The translations under genes and the position numbers were made by a program. Below, one piece after another: positions 50,875 to 63,210 of a stretch of 64,000 bases of DNA (positions are counted from its first letter, which is position 1; every line of letters starts with the position of its first letter). The notes below the pieces were generated by a model, which saw only the letters and a program-made list of their open reading frames with translations, was not told where the DNA came from and made no database searches. Source of the DNA: Mobula hypostoma (taxonomy: Eukaryota); NCBI RefSeq assembly GCF_963921235.1, contig NC_086097.1, positions 145,454,001 to 145,518,000 of the forward strand. Direction: 5' to 3'.

Positions 50875-53800
50875 CGCCCAATCAGAGAGATCAGAAGCCT
50901 GAGAAGCCATAGTTCACTGAGGTTTGCCGATTTAGTAGAAAAGCTAACGACTGATGGCAGTTTGGAGCTCTGAGCGGCACCCATTTGGAGAGCTCGGAAG
51001 CCTGAGAAGATGTAGTTCACACAGGTTTACCCATTAAGTAGAACAGGCAGCAACTTGCAGCGGTTTGGAGATTTGAGCATTGGCTAATCAGTGTTCAGGA
51101 TTGATTGGCAACAACAAATTAAAATAAAGCAGGGGCACGCGGAGCAGAAGTTGTCGAAGTGGATAGAGTTGGAGTGGGAATTTTGAGGCTTTAGCTCTTC
51201 GAGGCTTTAGCTCTTCAAGGCTTCAGTGAGGAGAGCCTTGTCAGAGAAGGCAAAAAAGCCCCCCCCCCGCCCCGATCCACAGTTTATTCTTTTTCCTTAT
51301 TCATATTTGTTCACCTAAAACAGTAGAAATGCCTGGCAGGATGGTGGAATGCTGTTCTTCTGGGATGTGGGATGGCGGGGAGACTTGCCGTGTCCTGTTG
51401 ACTACGCCTGTGAGAAGTGCATACAGCTGCAGCTTCTAAGACTCCACATTAAGGCGCTGAAGCTGGAACTGGATGAACTCTGGCTCATTCAGGAGGCTCA
51501 AGGGCTGATAGATAGGACATATAGAGAGGTAGTTACACCCAAGGTGTAGAACACGGGAAACTGGGTGACAGTCAGGAAGGGGAAAGTGGTAAGGAAGCAT
51601 TGTAGAGTACCCCTGTGGCCATCCGCCTCAATGACAGGTATATTACTTTGGACACTGTCGGGACTGGGGGGAGATAACCTAACAGAGGAAAGTCACAGCT
51701 GTCAGATCTCTGGCACGGAGTCTAGCTCTGTGACTCAGAAGAGAAGGGGGGGAGAAGAAGTGAGCTGTGGTGATAGGGGATTCGTTAGTTAGGGGAACAG
51801 AAAAGAGGTTCTGTGGACAAGAGTGAGATTCCCGGATGGTATGTTGCCTCCCGGTGCCAGGGTCCATGATATTTCAGATCGAGTCCTCAGTGTTCTTAAG
51901 TGGGAGAGTGAACAGCCGAAGGTCGTGGTCCATGTAGGTACCAATGACACAGGTAGGAAGAGTGACGAGGTTTTGCAAATTGAGTTCAGGGAGTGAGGTG
52001 CTAAGTTAACGGACAGGATCTGCAGGATTGTGATTTCTGGCCTCACGAGGCCAGAAACAGGAAGATCATCTTTAACACGTAGCTAAGGAGTTGGTGTAGG
52101 TAGGAGGGCTTGAGATTTTTGGATCATTGGGCTCTCTTCCAGGGAAGATGGAACCTGTACAGAAGAGACAGTTGGCACCTGAACTGGAAGAGGTCTAATA
52201 CCCTAGGTGGAAGGTTTTCTGGTGCTGCACAATGAGGTTTAAACTAGAGTTGCAGGGGGATGCGAAGCAGAGTGCCAGAATAGTTAGTGGAGAGGTTGTG
52301 GAGACCGATGTTGTTAAGACCTCAGGCAAAGACAGGAATCAAACGGCTGAGTATGGTACAACTAATGTCCTGAGCTGCATGTATTTCAATGCAAGAAATA
52401 TTGTAGGAAAGGCAATTGAGGTCAGTGTATGGATAACACCTGGAATTATTATATAGTAGTCATTAGTGAGATTTGGTTACAGGAGGGGGCAGGACTGGCA
52501 GCTCATCATTCCAGGGTTCTGTTAGTTTAGACGCGACAGAACAGGAGGAATTAAAAGGAGGAGGAGTGGTGTTACTAGTTAGCGAAAATGTCACGGCAGT
52601 GCTCAGGACAGACTGGAGAACTTGTCTAGTGTGGCATTATGAGTGGAACTGAGAAATTGGAATGGCTTGACCACATTAATGAAGCAATATAACAGACTGC
52701 CCAATGCTCCGAAGGATTGAGAGGAACAGATTTGCAGAGAGATCGCAGACTATTGCAAGTAAAATAAAGTTATTATTGTAGGTGATTTTAACTTTCCACA
52801 TTTTGACTGGGGTTCCCATACTGTAAAAGGACTAGATGGGATAGAGTTTGTCAAATGTGTTCAGGAAAGTTTCCTTTATCGATACATAGAAGTCCAAAAG
52901 AGAGAGTGTGCAGTGCTTGATCTGCTATTAGGAAATGAGACAGGGCAGATGACAGAAGTTTGTGTATGGAACACTTTGCATCTAGTGATCACAATGCCAT
53001 TAGTTTCATAGTAAATATGGAAAAAGATAGGTCTGGTCTGCAGGTTGAGAATCTAAATTGGAGAAAAGCAAATTTTAATGGTATCAGAAAAGATCTGGCA
53101 AGTGTAGATTGGGACAGGCTATTTTCTGGCAAAAGTGTCTTGGTAACTGGGAAGCTTTCAAAAGTGAAATTTTGAGAGCTTGTATGTACGTGCCTGTCAG
53201 AGTAAAAGGTAAAGATAAAAGATGTAGGGAACTTTGGTTTTCAAGACATATTGAGGCCCTGGTTAAGAAAAAAAAGGAGGTATATACTAGGTATAGGCAG
53301 GTAGGAACAAATGGGGTGTTTATGGAGTGTAAGAAATGCAAGTTAACACTTAAAGATATCAGGAACACTGAAAGAAGACATGAGGGTTGCCCTAGCAGGC
53401 AAGGTGAAGGAGATCCTAAGGGATTCTACAGATAGGTTAAAAGCAAAAGGAATGCAAGGGACAAAATTGGTCATTTGGAAGATCAGAATGGTAATCCATG
53501 TATGGAGCCAAAAGAGATGGGGGAGATCATAAGTACATTTTTTACATCCATATTTACTCAGGAGATGGGCATAGAGTGTATAGAAGTGAGACAAAGCAGC
53601 ACCGACCTCATGGACCCTGTACAGATTACAGAGGAGGAGGTGTTTGCTGTCCTGAGGCAAATTAGGGTGGATAAATCCCCAAGGCCTGACGAAGAGTTCC
53701 CTTGGAGCTGCCAGTTGGCAAGTGAAGAAATTGCCAGGGCTTTAGCTGAGATGTTTAAATCATTCTTAGGGACAGGTGAAGTACCAGAGGATTAGAGGAT

Positions 53801-54615
53801 TGGAGGATAGCCAATGTTATTCCACTGTTCAAGGAAGGTTCCAAAAATAAATCAGGGAACTATAGGTAGGTAGCAGGATCTGGACCAGCTGGAAAAATGG
53901 GTTGAAAAATGACAGATGGGTGGACCAGCTGGAAAAATGGCAGATGGAATTTAATACAACTCGGGTAGGTCTTACACAGTGTATGGTTGGGTACTGAGGA
54001 GTGTGGTAGAACATAAGGATCTGGGAATACAGATTCATAATTCATTGAAAGTGGTATCACAGGTAGATAGGGTTGTAAAGAAAGCTTTAGGCTTGTTGGC
54101 CTTCTTAAATCAAAGTATTGAGCATAAGAAATGGGATGTTACATTGAAGTTATATAAGACATTAGTGATGCCTAATTTGGAGTATTGTATGCAGTTTTAA
54201 TCGCCTGTTTATAGGTAAGATATAAATAAGGTTGAGAGAGTACAGAGAAAATTTACCAGGCTTAGAGGAACTGAGTTACAAGGAAGTATTGAATAGGTTA
54301 GGACTTTATTCCTTGGAATGTAGAAGATTGAGAGGAGATTTAATACAGGTGTACAAAATTATGAGGGTTATAGATGGGGTAAATGGGTTAAGATTGAAAG
54401 ATGAAAAGTTTAAGGGGAACATGAGTGAAAACTTCTTCGCTCAGAGGATCATGAGAGTGTGGCACAAGCTGCTAGCACAAGTGTGCATACATGCTTGATT
54501 TCAACATTCTAGAGAAGTTCGTATAGGTAATTAGATGGTCAGCATATGAAGGGCTATGATCCTAATATAGATTGATAGGAGTAGTCAGTTTAAATGGTTT
54601 GGCATGGACTGGATG
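50875..54615 (+). mobile_element. 5'-complete but degenerate CR1 LINE: repeated 5' UTR, ORF1 (Cys motif, coiled coil, SGNH esterase), ORF2 endonuclease; RT core deleted
   Basis: ORF1 motifs CEKCIQLQLL...LELDEL, VVIGDSLVRG, CCLPGARV, VHVGTND. ORF2 motifs YFNARNI, SEIWL, VGDFNFP, SDHNAISF, DKSPRPD. Jumps at ~53865 to the post-RT region. Confidence 0.88.
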
Positions 54616-55286
54616 TACTTTTCTTTTATTCTAAAGCTGAACTCTTGATATCTCAATCTACCTCGTCATAGCCTTTGTACCTTATTTGTCTACCTTACTC
54701 GAATTGTAACACTACATTTGAATTCTGTTATAGTTTTCCTTTTGTTGCACCTCAGTGTACTTGCATGTGGAATGATCTGTCTGGTTGGCATGCAAGCAAT
54801 ACTTTTAACAATGCTTTTTGTGGTCTTCAGCAGAGCAGTTGTCATACCGAGTTATAATGCATCCATATCGGATATTTGCTATGGTGCATCTGTAAAACTT
54901 GGAGAAGGTATCTTTGATACATTTGACAATAATAAAGCATGACTATGGCTTTGTGTCTGAGGTACCTCTGCCCTGTTTCAGCAAGGATATTATGTAGTGG
55001 CAGAGACTTTGTTTTCTCAGTTGACACTTGGCCTTTTGAGGATGGGACCATAAGACCAGTGTGTTGTGGGATGGAATCAATGACAATCACTTCTAAGGAC
55101 AAACTCTTTGTTGAAGATTTCTTTGAAGTGCTCCTCTTCTCTATCCTTGGAAAGATTGCATGTGTTCTTGGCTCTGAAGAGGTTGGATCCCTGGATATTT
55201 AGACTGTGGACTATATTGTCAGTGCTGAAGAGTCCACACACATCATGAATGGAGCTACCCACTTTGGTATACCCTTTGGGCCTTTT

Positions 55287-58200
55287 AGAATCAGAATCAG
55301 GTTTATTATCACCAGCATGTGTTACGAAATTTGTTAATTTAGCAGCAGTACAATGCAATACATGATCATATAGAAAGAAAAAAGAAGTAAATCAATTACA
55401 GTGGATGTGTATATGTCTGTATGTATGTATGTATGTATATATATAAAATAGATTAAAATAGTGTAAAACAGAAGTAATACATTTTTTTTTAAAAGGTGAA
55501 GTAGTGTTCATTGGTTTGATGTCCATTTAGGAATCAGATGGCAGAGGGGAAGAAGCTGTTCCTGAATCACTGAATGTGTGCCTTCAGGCTTCTGTACCTC
55601 CTGACAGTAATAATGAAAAGAGCACATGCCCTGGGTGTTGGGGCAGTTGTTAATAATGGACGTCGCCTTTCTGAAGCACTGCTCCTTGAAGGTGTCTTTG
55701 ATACTATGGAGGCTGGTACCCAAGATGGATCTGACTAATTTTACAACTTTCTGTAGCTTCTTTTGGTCCTGTGCAATAGCGTGCCCGCCCCCCCCCCCCC
55801 CACATACCGGACAGTAATACAGCCTGCCAGAATGCTCTGCACGGTACATCTATAGAAGATTTTGAGTGTTCTAGGTGACTAACCAAATCTCTTCAAACTC
55901 CTAATGAAATATAGCCGCTGTCTTGCCGTCTTTATAGATTAATTGATTATGTTGAGAGCAGATTAGATCATCAGAGATCTTGACACCCAGGAACTTGAAA
56001 TCGCTCACTCTCTCCACTTCTGACCCTTCTGTGAGGATTGGTTCATGTTCCCTCGTCTTAGCCTTCCTGAAGTCCACAATCAGCAAAGAGTGCAATTGAG
56101 TGCAAGGTTGTTGCTGTAACACCACTCAACTAGCTGATATATCTTGCTCCTGTATGTCCTTCCATCTCCGTCTGAGATTCTACCAACAATGGTTGTATTA
56201 TCAGCAAATTTATAGATGGTATTTGAGTTATACCTAGCTATATAGTCATGGGTATAGAGGTAGTAGAGCAGTGGGCTAAGCACACATTCCTGAGGTGTGC
56301 AGGTATTGATCATCAGTGAGGAGGAGATATTATCATCAATCTGCACAGATTGTGGTCTTCTGATTAGGGAGTCGAGGATCCAATTGCAGAAGGAGATGCA
56401 GAGGCCCAAGTTCTGTAGCTTATCGATCAGGACTGTGGGAATGATGGTGTTAAATGCTGAGCTACAGTCAATGAACAGCATTCTGAAATTGGTATTTGTA
56501 TTGTCCAGGTGACCTAAGGCCATGTAAAGAACCATTGAGATTGCATCTGCTGTAGACCTATTGTGGCAGTAGAGAAATTGAGGTGGGTCCAGATCCTTGC
56601 TGAGGCAGGAGTTCATTCTAGCCATGATCAACCTCTCAAAGCATTTCATTACCACAGATGTGAGTGCTCCTAGGCGATAGTCATTAAGGCAGCTCACGCT
56701 ACTCTTCTTAGGCATGAGTATAATTGTTGCCTTTTTGAAGCAGGTGGGAACTTCCGACCATAGCAGCGAGAGATTGAAAATGCCCTCGAATGCTCCCACC
56801 GGTTGGTTGGCACAAGTTTTCAGAGCCTTACCAGATACTCTAATGGGGCCTGCCGCCTTGCAAGGGTTCACCCTTCTTAAAGACAGGCCAGTATGAGTCT
56901 CTGAGACAGAGATCACGAGGTGACTGGGTGCAACAAGGATCTTCACAGCTGTAGTTATGTTCTCCCTTTGAAAGTGGGCATGGAACGCGTTGAGTTCATC
57001 TGGTAGCGAACCATCATTTCCATTCATGCTGTTGGGTCCAACTTCGTCAGAAGTAATGTCCTGCAGAGTCTGCCAGAGTTGACGTGCATTCTATTTCACT
57101 CTTGAAATAGCCTCATGCCTTGTTTTCTTGCACAGACCTAGTTCGCCAGACTTAAATGCCACAGATCTCATCCTCAACAGATGATGAGGCTCCTGGTACA
57201 TCCATGGCTTTTGGTTTGGGAATGCACAGCAAGTAAGCACACGCTCATCCATACGCATTTTAATGAAGTTGGTAACAACTCCAGCATACTCATCCAGATT
57301 CGAAGACAAGTCCCTGAATACAGTCCAGCTAACCAATTCAAAGCAGTACTGTAAGTGCTCATGCTTCCCTTGTCCATATCTTCTTGGTCCTCACAACTGA
57401 TGCTGCGGTCTTCAGTCTCTGCCTATACCCGGAGTAGAACTATAGCCAGGTGATCAGACTTTCTGAAGTGTGGCTATGGAATAGTACAGTAGGCATTCTT
57501 GATGGTGGTGTAATAGTGGTGCAGTGTGTTGTTTCCTCTGTTACTACAAGTGATTTGTTGATGGTAAGTATTTAGTGACTTTTTCAAGCTGGCCTGGTTA
57601 AAATCCCCCAAAGTGATGGTGAAGACATCAGGGTGTGCTGTTTCATGCATGTTGATCTCATAGCTCAGATCATCTAGAGCCTGTATGATATTGGCCTGAG
57701 GTGGAATGTACACCGCTATGAAAGTGATTGCAGAAATCTCCAGCTGCAGGTAAAATGGATAGCACTTAATTGCAAGATATTCCAGGTCTGGAGAGCAGAA
57801 TTGGGACATCACTGACACATCTGTACACCAAGAGGAATTGATCATGAGGCATACACCTCCACCTCTGCTTCTGTGAGACTCTACAGTCCTATTCTGACAG
57901 TGTATAGTAAACCCGTCAATCTGAACCACTGCGTCTGGTACAGAAGGGGACTATATGTTTCCCAGCAAGTTAGTTGGTATTGGGAGTCCAAAAACCCCGT
58001 TTTCTTAAATGCACCTGTATCCATGACCAGCAGCCACATTTCCTATGAAAAGTCTGGCAAGAAGTACGGTCACAATTGGCATTGTTTCCATCGGTTTTAA
58101 GCTGCGATAGTTTATTCAATCAGACCTTGGAAGCAGTATCAGGCTGAAATGGGAATATTTAATCGTATCCATCGAGCTTTGCTGCACGAGATCACTGTCT

Positions 58201-58350
58201 TCAAGGCGTCCTGGAAGTCTATATCCTCCCTCGAGATCTTTTCATCTCTAATCTTGAGTGCAACAGTGAGTCAGTGAAAATGAGAACAATTGGAGATGTA
58301 GGTTAGTTTTAGAGCAATGTACCTGTCAATTGCAAGGTAGTCTGCTTGCC
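55287..58350 (-). mobile_element. Near full-length Rex1/Babar LINE (endonuclease + RT), degenerate
   Basis: ORF 57474-57929 (RGGGVCLMINSSWC, AVYIPP, LGDFNQ) and ORF 56080-57027 (LPDELNAF, CLNDYR, MKCFERL, RMLFIDCSSAFNTI, KFADNTTIVG). Tail agaatcagaatcaggtttatt. 5' boundary approximate. Confidence 0.9.
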
Positions 58351-60054
58351 TTTAAATTCTCCTGACGAGGAAAAGTATAAGTTGTGTGTCAGCTCACATG
58401 ACTTGGAGATCAGCCTCCAGTTGTGTTCCAAAGTAAGAAAGTGAGGACAACTTGTGACTTGGAATCTGTTTCAAAAATGCCATTTAATCATCACAGAATG
58501 CGATTGGTGATTTGGTAGCTGATGGATTTGTCAGATGATGTGACGGAGTATTAATGTCAGTTTCCAGGAGCTCATCAACTGGGGTCTGTGCAGGTAATAT
58601 TTCTTGGGTGTCCCTTGTTCATTAACACCATCTACCTAATACATGAGTCTGTGAGCACATTGTGCTCTTCCATGACCTGTTGAGATCTATGATTGGTCAT
58701 GGTCTTTTGTAGCGTATGCCATGGTTGAATTGCTGGAACTGTGTAAACTGCACAAGTGCATTGGACCATAAGAATATGAGATTTAATTGGTGATTCACAC
58801 CTCAATTTGGTTACCAGTGGAAGTGTTTTGCATAGATTAGTATGTAATTTTAGAGTTGCTGTTAGATTGAATTTGATGTATTCACTAATATAATTTCCTT
58901 AAACTTCCAACCTCTTTCACTAGTTTTGCAAAGGCATCTGAAAATTCAGGATATCTATCCCTCTGTTTTCCTCACAGTTGTTTTTAAGCTTAGTGACCTT
59001 TTTGAAAAAGGAAACAAGCATGTTCTTTACTAAGCAGTGACATAACTTTAGTCCGTATAAAATATTCAGCTGATGTGTGGAACTTCCAAAAATCCTTCTC
59101 ATTGTTGTGCATCAGTGAGAAAAATCATACACTTGTTGCTGCTTAAATGCATAAAGCTTTACAGAAGTGTGTGCATCAGTTTCTAGTCTAAATGATATAC
59201 ACACATACTGATGCCGGAAGCTTCTAGTGCATGATTTCCATTTTTGAATCTCTAATTTTGTCTTCTGTACGACGCTAAACCAAAATTTCCAAACAAGGAA
59301 AATGTGAACAATTTTTTTGTAGTGCACGTGTGATCTTCAATATGCCTAGCAGTACAATTGGAAAAGGGCAATTAACAAAGTGTCATGTCTTGAAACTTCA
59401 CCTGTATTTTGCAATATATTCCCACTTAAAATGGTTTTAAGTGCATATGTAAAGGGACAGGGAATTATTAAAGTGTGATTGGCTAAGTTAATGTGATTGA
59501 TGACTAAATGTGCTGCATACTGCAATCCTTTTAGATGGTGGCAGAAATGATCATAAATTAAATTGCTATTATGCCAGTTAATGTTGAGGTCAATTGTTCA
59601 ATATTATTAATTTTTTAGCAATTTTTATTGGCTTAATATGAATATTGATGTATTCAGGTTTTGAACAACTCAAGGCTTAATGACTATATTAATTCAATGC
59701 TTAGGAACGAACAGATGGGGCAAGTCCTTGTTCAAGATACATGACGGATCTGCATGAGCTTGATGGTAATTATTTATTTAGTGATACAGCACAGAACATG
59801 ATCTTCCGGCCCAACGAGCCACACTGCCCAGCCATCCACCTGTTTAACTCTATCCTAATCATAGGACAATTTACAATGACCAATTAACCCAACTGGTATG
59901 TCTTTGTACTATAGAATAAGGATTGTAACAAAACAAAATCACAATTTGTGCAGAATATGCCTTGAAGAAAATTCATCAATGACATCCCATCCAGTCTTAA
60001 ACCAGCTTGAGAACTAAATGTGACATGAGCAGTTTCATTCAATTCACTGATATA

Positions 60055-60324
60055 CAGTGGCATGCAAAAGTTTGGGCACCCCGGTCAAAATTTCTGTTAC
60101 TGTGAATAGCTAGGCGAGTAAAAGATGACCGGATTTCCAAAAGGCATGAAGTTAAAGATAACACATTTCTTTAATATTTATACAAGATTACTTTTCTTAT
60201 TGTTGAAAAGAATGTTTCATCTTTAATTTTATGACTTTTGGAGATCAGTTCAATTTCCACTCACTTAACTATTCACAGTAACAGAAATTTTGACCAGGGG
60301 TGCCCAAACTTTTGCATGCCACTG
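60055..60324. mobile_element. Tc1-derived MITE (270 bp) with TA TSD
   Basis: TA-cagtggcatgcaaaagtttgggcaccc ... gggtgcccaaacttttgcatgccactg-TA. The left ~145 nt matches the reverse complement of the Tc1 end at 62420-62566. Confidence 0.9.
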
Positions 60325-61194
60325 TATGCCTAAAAATTTTCTCTCCATTGTATCTACTCCAGACAGTCAGAGTTTCATGAACCAGAGATAAAAGCCACCA
60401 AGGAAATACAGTCCACAATACCTGTTCATCAGATACCAGCAACCTTCCCCAAACCCCAGCCAGACAAAGAGCACTCTCTGTGTTCAGCATATCAACAGTA
60501 AATGAAGATTCTGAGCTTTTGAAGCTGACAGTTACAGAGCAAAGGACAAAGGTAGAAAATAGATAAAGAACAGAAAATAGTTGAAGTACTCATTAGGTCA
60601 GACAACATACTCCAAAGACATTCATTTAGGTTTGGTGGGTTGTGGGCATGCTATGTTGGGTTTGGAAAGTGTGGCAGCACTTGCTGCGAAACAGAATCTC
60701 CATTGATTGGATTTGAGGCAAAGAACACATTTAACTGTTTCCATACACATGACAAGTAAAGTTGATCTTTATGTTTTATGTTCTTTTTATAATAACCAGG
60801 AATAACTGATGGCAAAACAAATGTGGAGTAAGGGAGGAGGAGACGAGAGCAAAGGAATAGTTTGAGTTAAAGGCAGAAGGCAGAGGAGGTGATATGACCA
60901 AAGAGATGATGATGCAAAGAGGTATTCGAAAGTAAGTAATCAGTCCAGGCAAACTGTAATTGCAAAGATTGGCATAGCCAATAATGGTGAAGAAGAAAGC
61001 ATAGTGGTCAAGATGGAAGGCAGTTCAGATGCATTGGTGTAGAAACTGGCACTTTCATAAGAGATGTGACTGAGGCAGAGAAATTAAAGGAATGACATAG
61101 ACATTTCACAGGAAGTGTGGCTGAAGTAGCTATGAAACTAAGCTCAAACGGTAGGAGCAACTTCACTCTTCAGAATATTGTCTGTTGCAAGAGG

Positions 61195-62566
61195 TTGATG
61201 TCCTGTGGACTGATGAAGTTAAAATAGAACTTTTTGGCCGCAATGAGCAAAAGCATGTTTAGAGAAAAAAGGGTGCAGAATTTCATGAAAAGAACACCTC
61301 TCCAACTGTTTAGCATGGGGGTGGATCAATCATGCTTTGGGCTTGTGTTGCAGCCAGTGGCACGGGTAGAGGGAAGAATGAATTCAATTAAATACCAGCA
61401 AATTTTGGAAGCAAACCGAGAGGTACTGTTGCAGCTATATAGGACCCTGGTCAGACCCCACTTGGAGTACTGTGCTCAGTTCTGGTCATCTCACTACAGA
61501 AAGGATGTGGAAGCCATAGAAAGGGTGCAGAGGAGATTTACAAGGATGTTGTGTGGATTAGGGAGCATGCCTTATGAAAACAGGTTGAGTGAACTCGGCT
61601 TTTTCTCCTTGGAGCGGAGGAGGATGAGAGGTGGCCTGATAAGAGGTGTGTAAGATGATGAGAGGCATTGATCGTGTGGATAGTCAGAGGCTTTTTCTCA
61701 GGGCTGAAATGGTTGCCACAGGAGGACACAGGTTTAAGGTGCTTGGGAGTAGGTACAGAAGAGATGTCAGGGGTAAGTTTTTTACGCAGAGATTGGTGAG
61801 TGCGTGGAATGGGCTGCCGGCAACGGTGGTGGAGGCAGATACGATAGGATCTTTTAAGAGACTTTTGGATAGGTACATGGAGCTTAGAAAAAGAGAGGGC
61901 TATGAGTAAGCCTAGTAATTTCTAAGGTAGGGACATGTTGGGCACAACTTTGTGGGCTGAAGGGCCTGTATTGTGCTGTAGGTTTTCTATGTTTCTATGT
62001 TTCAAACATCACACCGTTTTGTAAAAAAAAAGCTGAAAATGAAAAGAGGATGGCTTCTACAACAGGATAATGATCCTAAACACACCTCAAAATCCACAAT
62101 GGACTACCTCAAGAGGTGCAAGCTGAAGGTTTTGCAAAGGCCCTCACAGTCCCCCGACCCCGACATCATTGAAAATCTGTGGATAGACCTCAAAAGAGAA
62201 GTGCATGCAAGACGGCCCAAGAATCTCACAGAACTGGAAGCCTTTTGCAAGAAAGAATGGATGAAAATCTCCCAAACAAGAATTGAAAGACTCTTTGCTG
62301 GCTACAGAAGGCGTTTCCAAGCTGTGATACTAAGTACTAAGTACCGACCATGCAGGGTGCCCAAACTTTTGCTTTGGGCCCTTTTCCTTTTTCGTTATTT
62401 TGAAACTGTAAAAGATGGAAATAAAAAAGTAATCTTGTTTAAAATATTAAAGAAATGTGTCATATTTAACTTTATGCCTTTTGGAAATCAGGTCATCTTT
62501 TACTCGTTTAGCTATTCACAGTAATAGAAATTTTGACCGGGGTGTCCAAACTTTTGCATGCCACTG
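61195..62566 (+). mobile_element. 5'-truncated Tc1 (DD34E) transposon with IR/DR-type right end, interrupted by CR1
   Basis: VLWTDE.KIELFG, HGGGSIMLWAC, QQDNDPKH, SQSPDPDIIENLW, with 34 residues between the second D and E. Inner repeat gggtgcccaaacttttgc (~62355) and outer end ...gcatgccactg-TA. Confidence 0.9.
61417..62003 (+). mobile_element. 5'-truncated CR1 inserted in the Tc1 transposase gene
   Basis: LYRTLVRPHLEYCAQFWS and (ttctatgt)n tail; flanked by caaac on both sides. Same subfamily as 31168-32330. Confidence 0.9.
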
Positions 62567-62802
62567 TAAAGTCGAATGTCTTTTATCACAGTGTAATGCA
62601 GTACTCTCAGCTGTTTACCATGCAGATGAACAACATCATGTGCTCATCTCTGCTGCACAGTAAATCTATTTGTACCAAAGCATGAGGGATTAACAAATAT
62701 ATTGATCCTTTAAATTACCTAAAAGTAGTCTAATTTCCCCAATTTACTAAGGCTGTTGAGAAGTACAAATAGAGTAAATAGTCTTTTTCCCAGAGTGAGA
62801 GT

Positions 62803-63210
62803 ATTACCAGTCCTTAGTGCAGGAGTGTAAAGACAGGGGATGGCAGGCATGGTTGTTCCCGGTGGAGATCGGCTGCAGAGGTTTCCCAGCCAAATCAGCA
62901 TGGTGGTTGTTGTCAGATCTGGGCCTGGTCGAAAGGAGCAAAAAACAAGCAGCTCGTAGGATGGGGGAAGAGGCAGAACGAGCCTCTTGTTGGATTTGGA
63001 GTAGGCGAGAGGAGGGAAGCTGGAAGCCAGGAGCAGATGGGCAGTGACTTGGCCACCACTGCCGGCCCACCAACTGCAGAGTGTCGTGGTTAAGGGTCAA
63101 AACACTCTGTGATGGTTGGGCACCACCAGAGGACATCTGCTCCTGGCTGAAGGCTACGGTTACCTTATAAGGTAACTGGAGAATGCACCCTAACGGGTGT
63201 ATGTAACAAG
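62803..63210 (+). mobile_element. 3' fragment of a HERO-like (R2 superclade) non-LTR retrotransposon inserted in an old CR1 remnant
   Basis: YQSLVQECKDRGWQAWLFPVEIGCRGF...AERASCWIWSRR resembles the end of a restriction-like endonuclease domain. A hairpin-rich 3' UTR follows. Confidence 0.72.

Noticed and set aside
54940..55285. Possible second R2-group retroelement remnant on the minus strand
   Set aside because: Only a faint HNILA...RYLRH motif; cannot be supported without a database search.
59705..59766. AG...GT-bounded candidate coding exon
   Set aside because: Stop codons in all three frames and a weak polypyrimidine tract.
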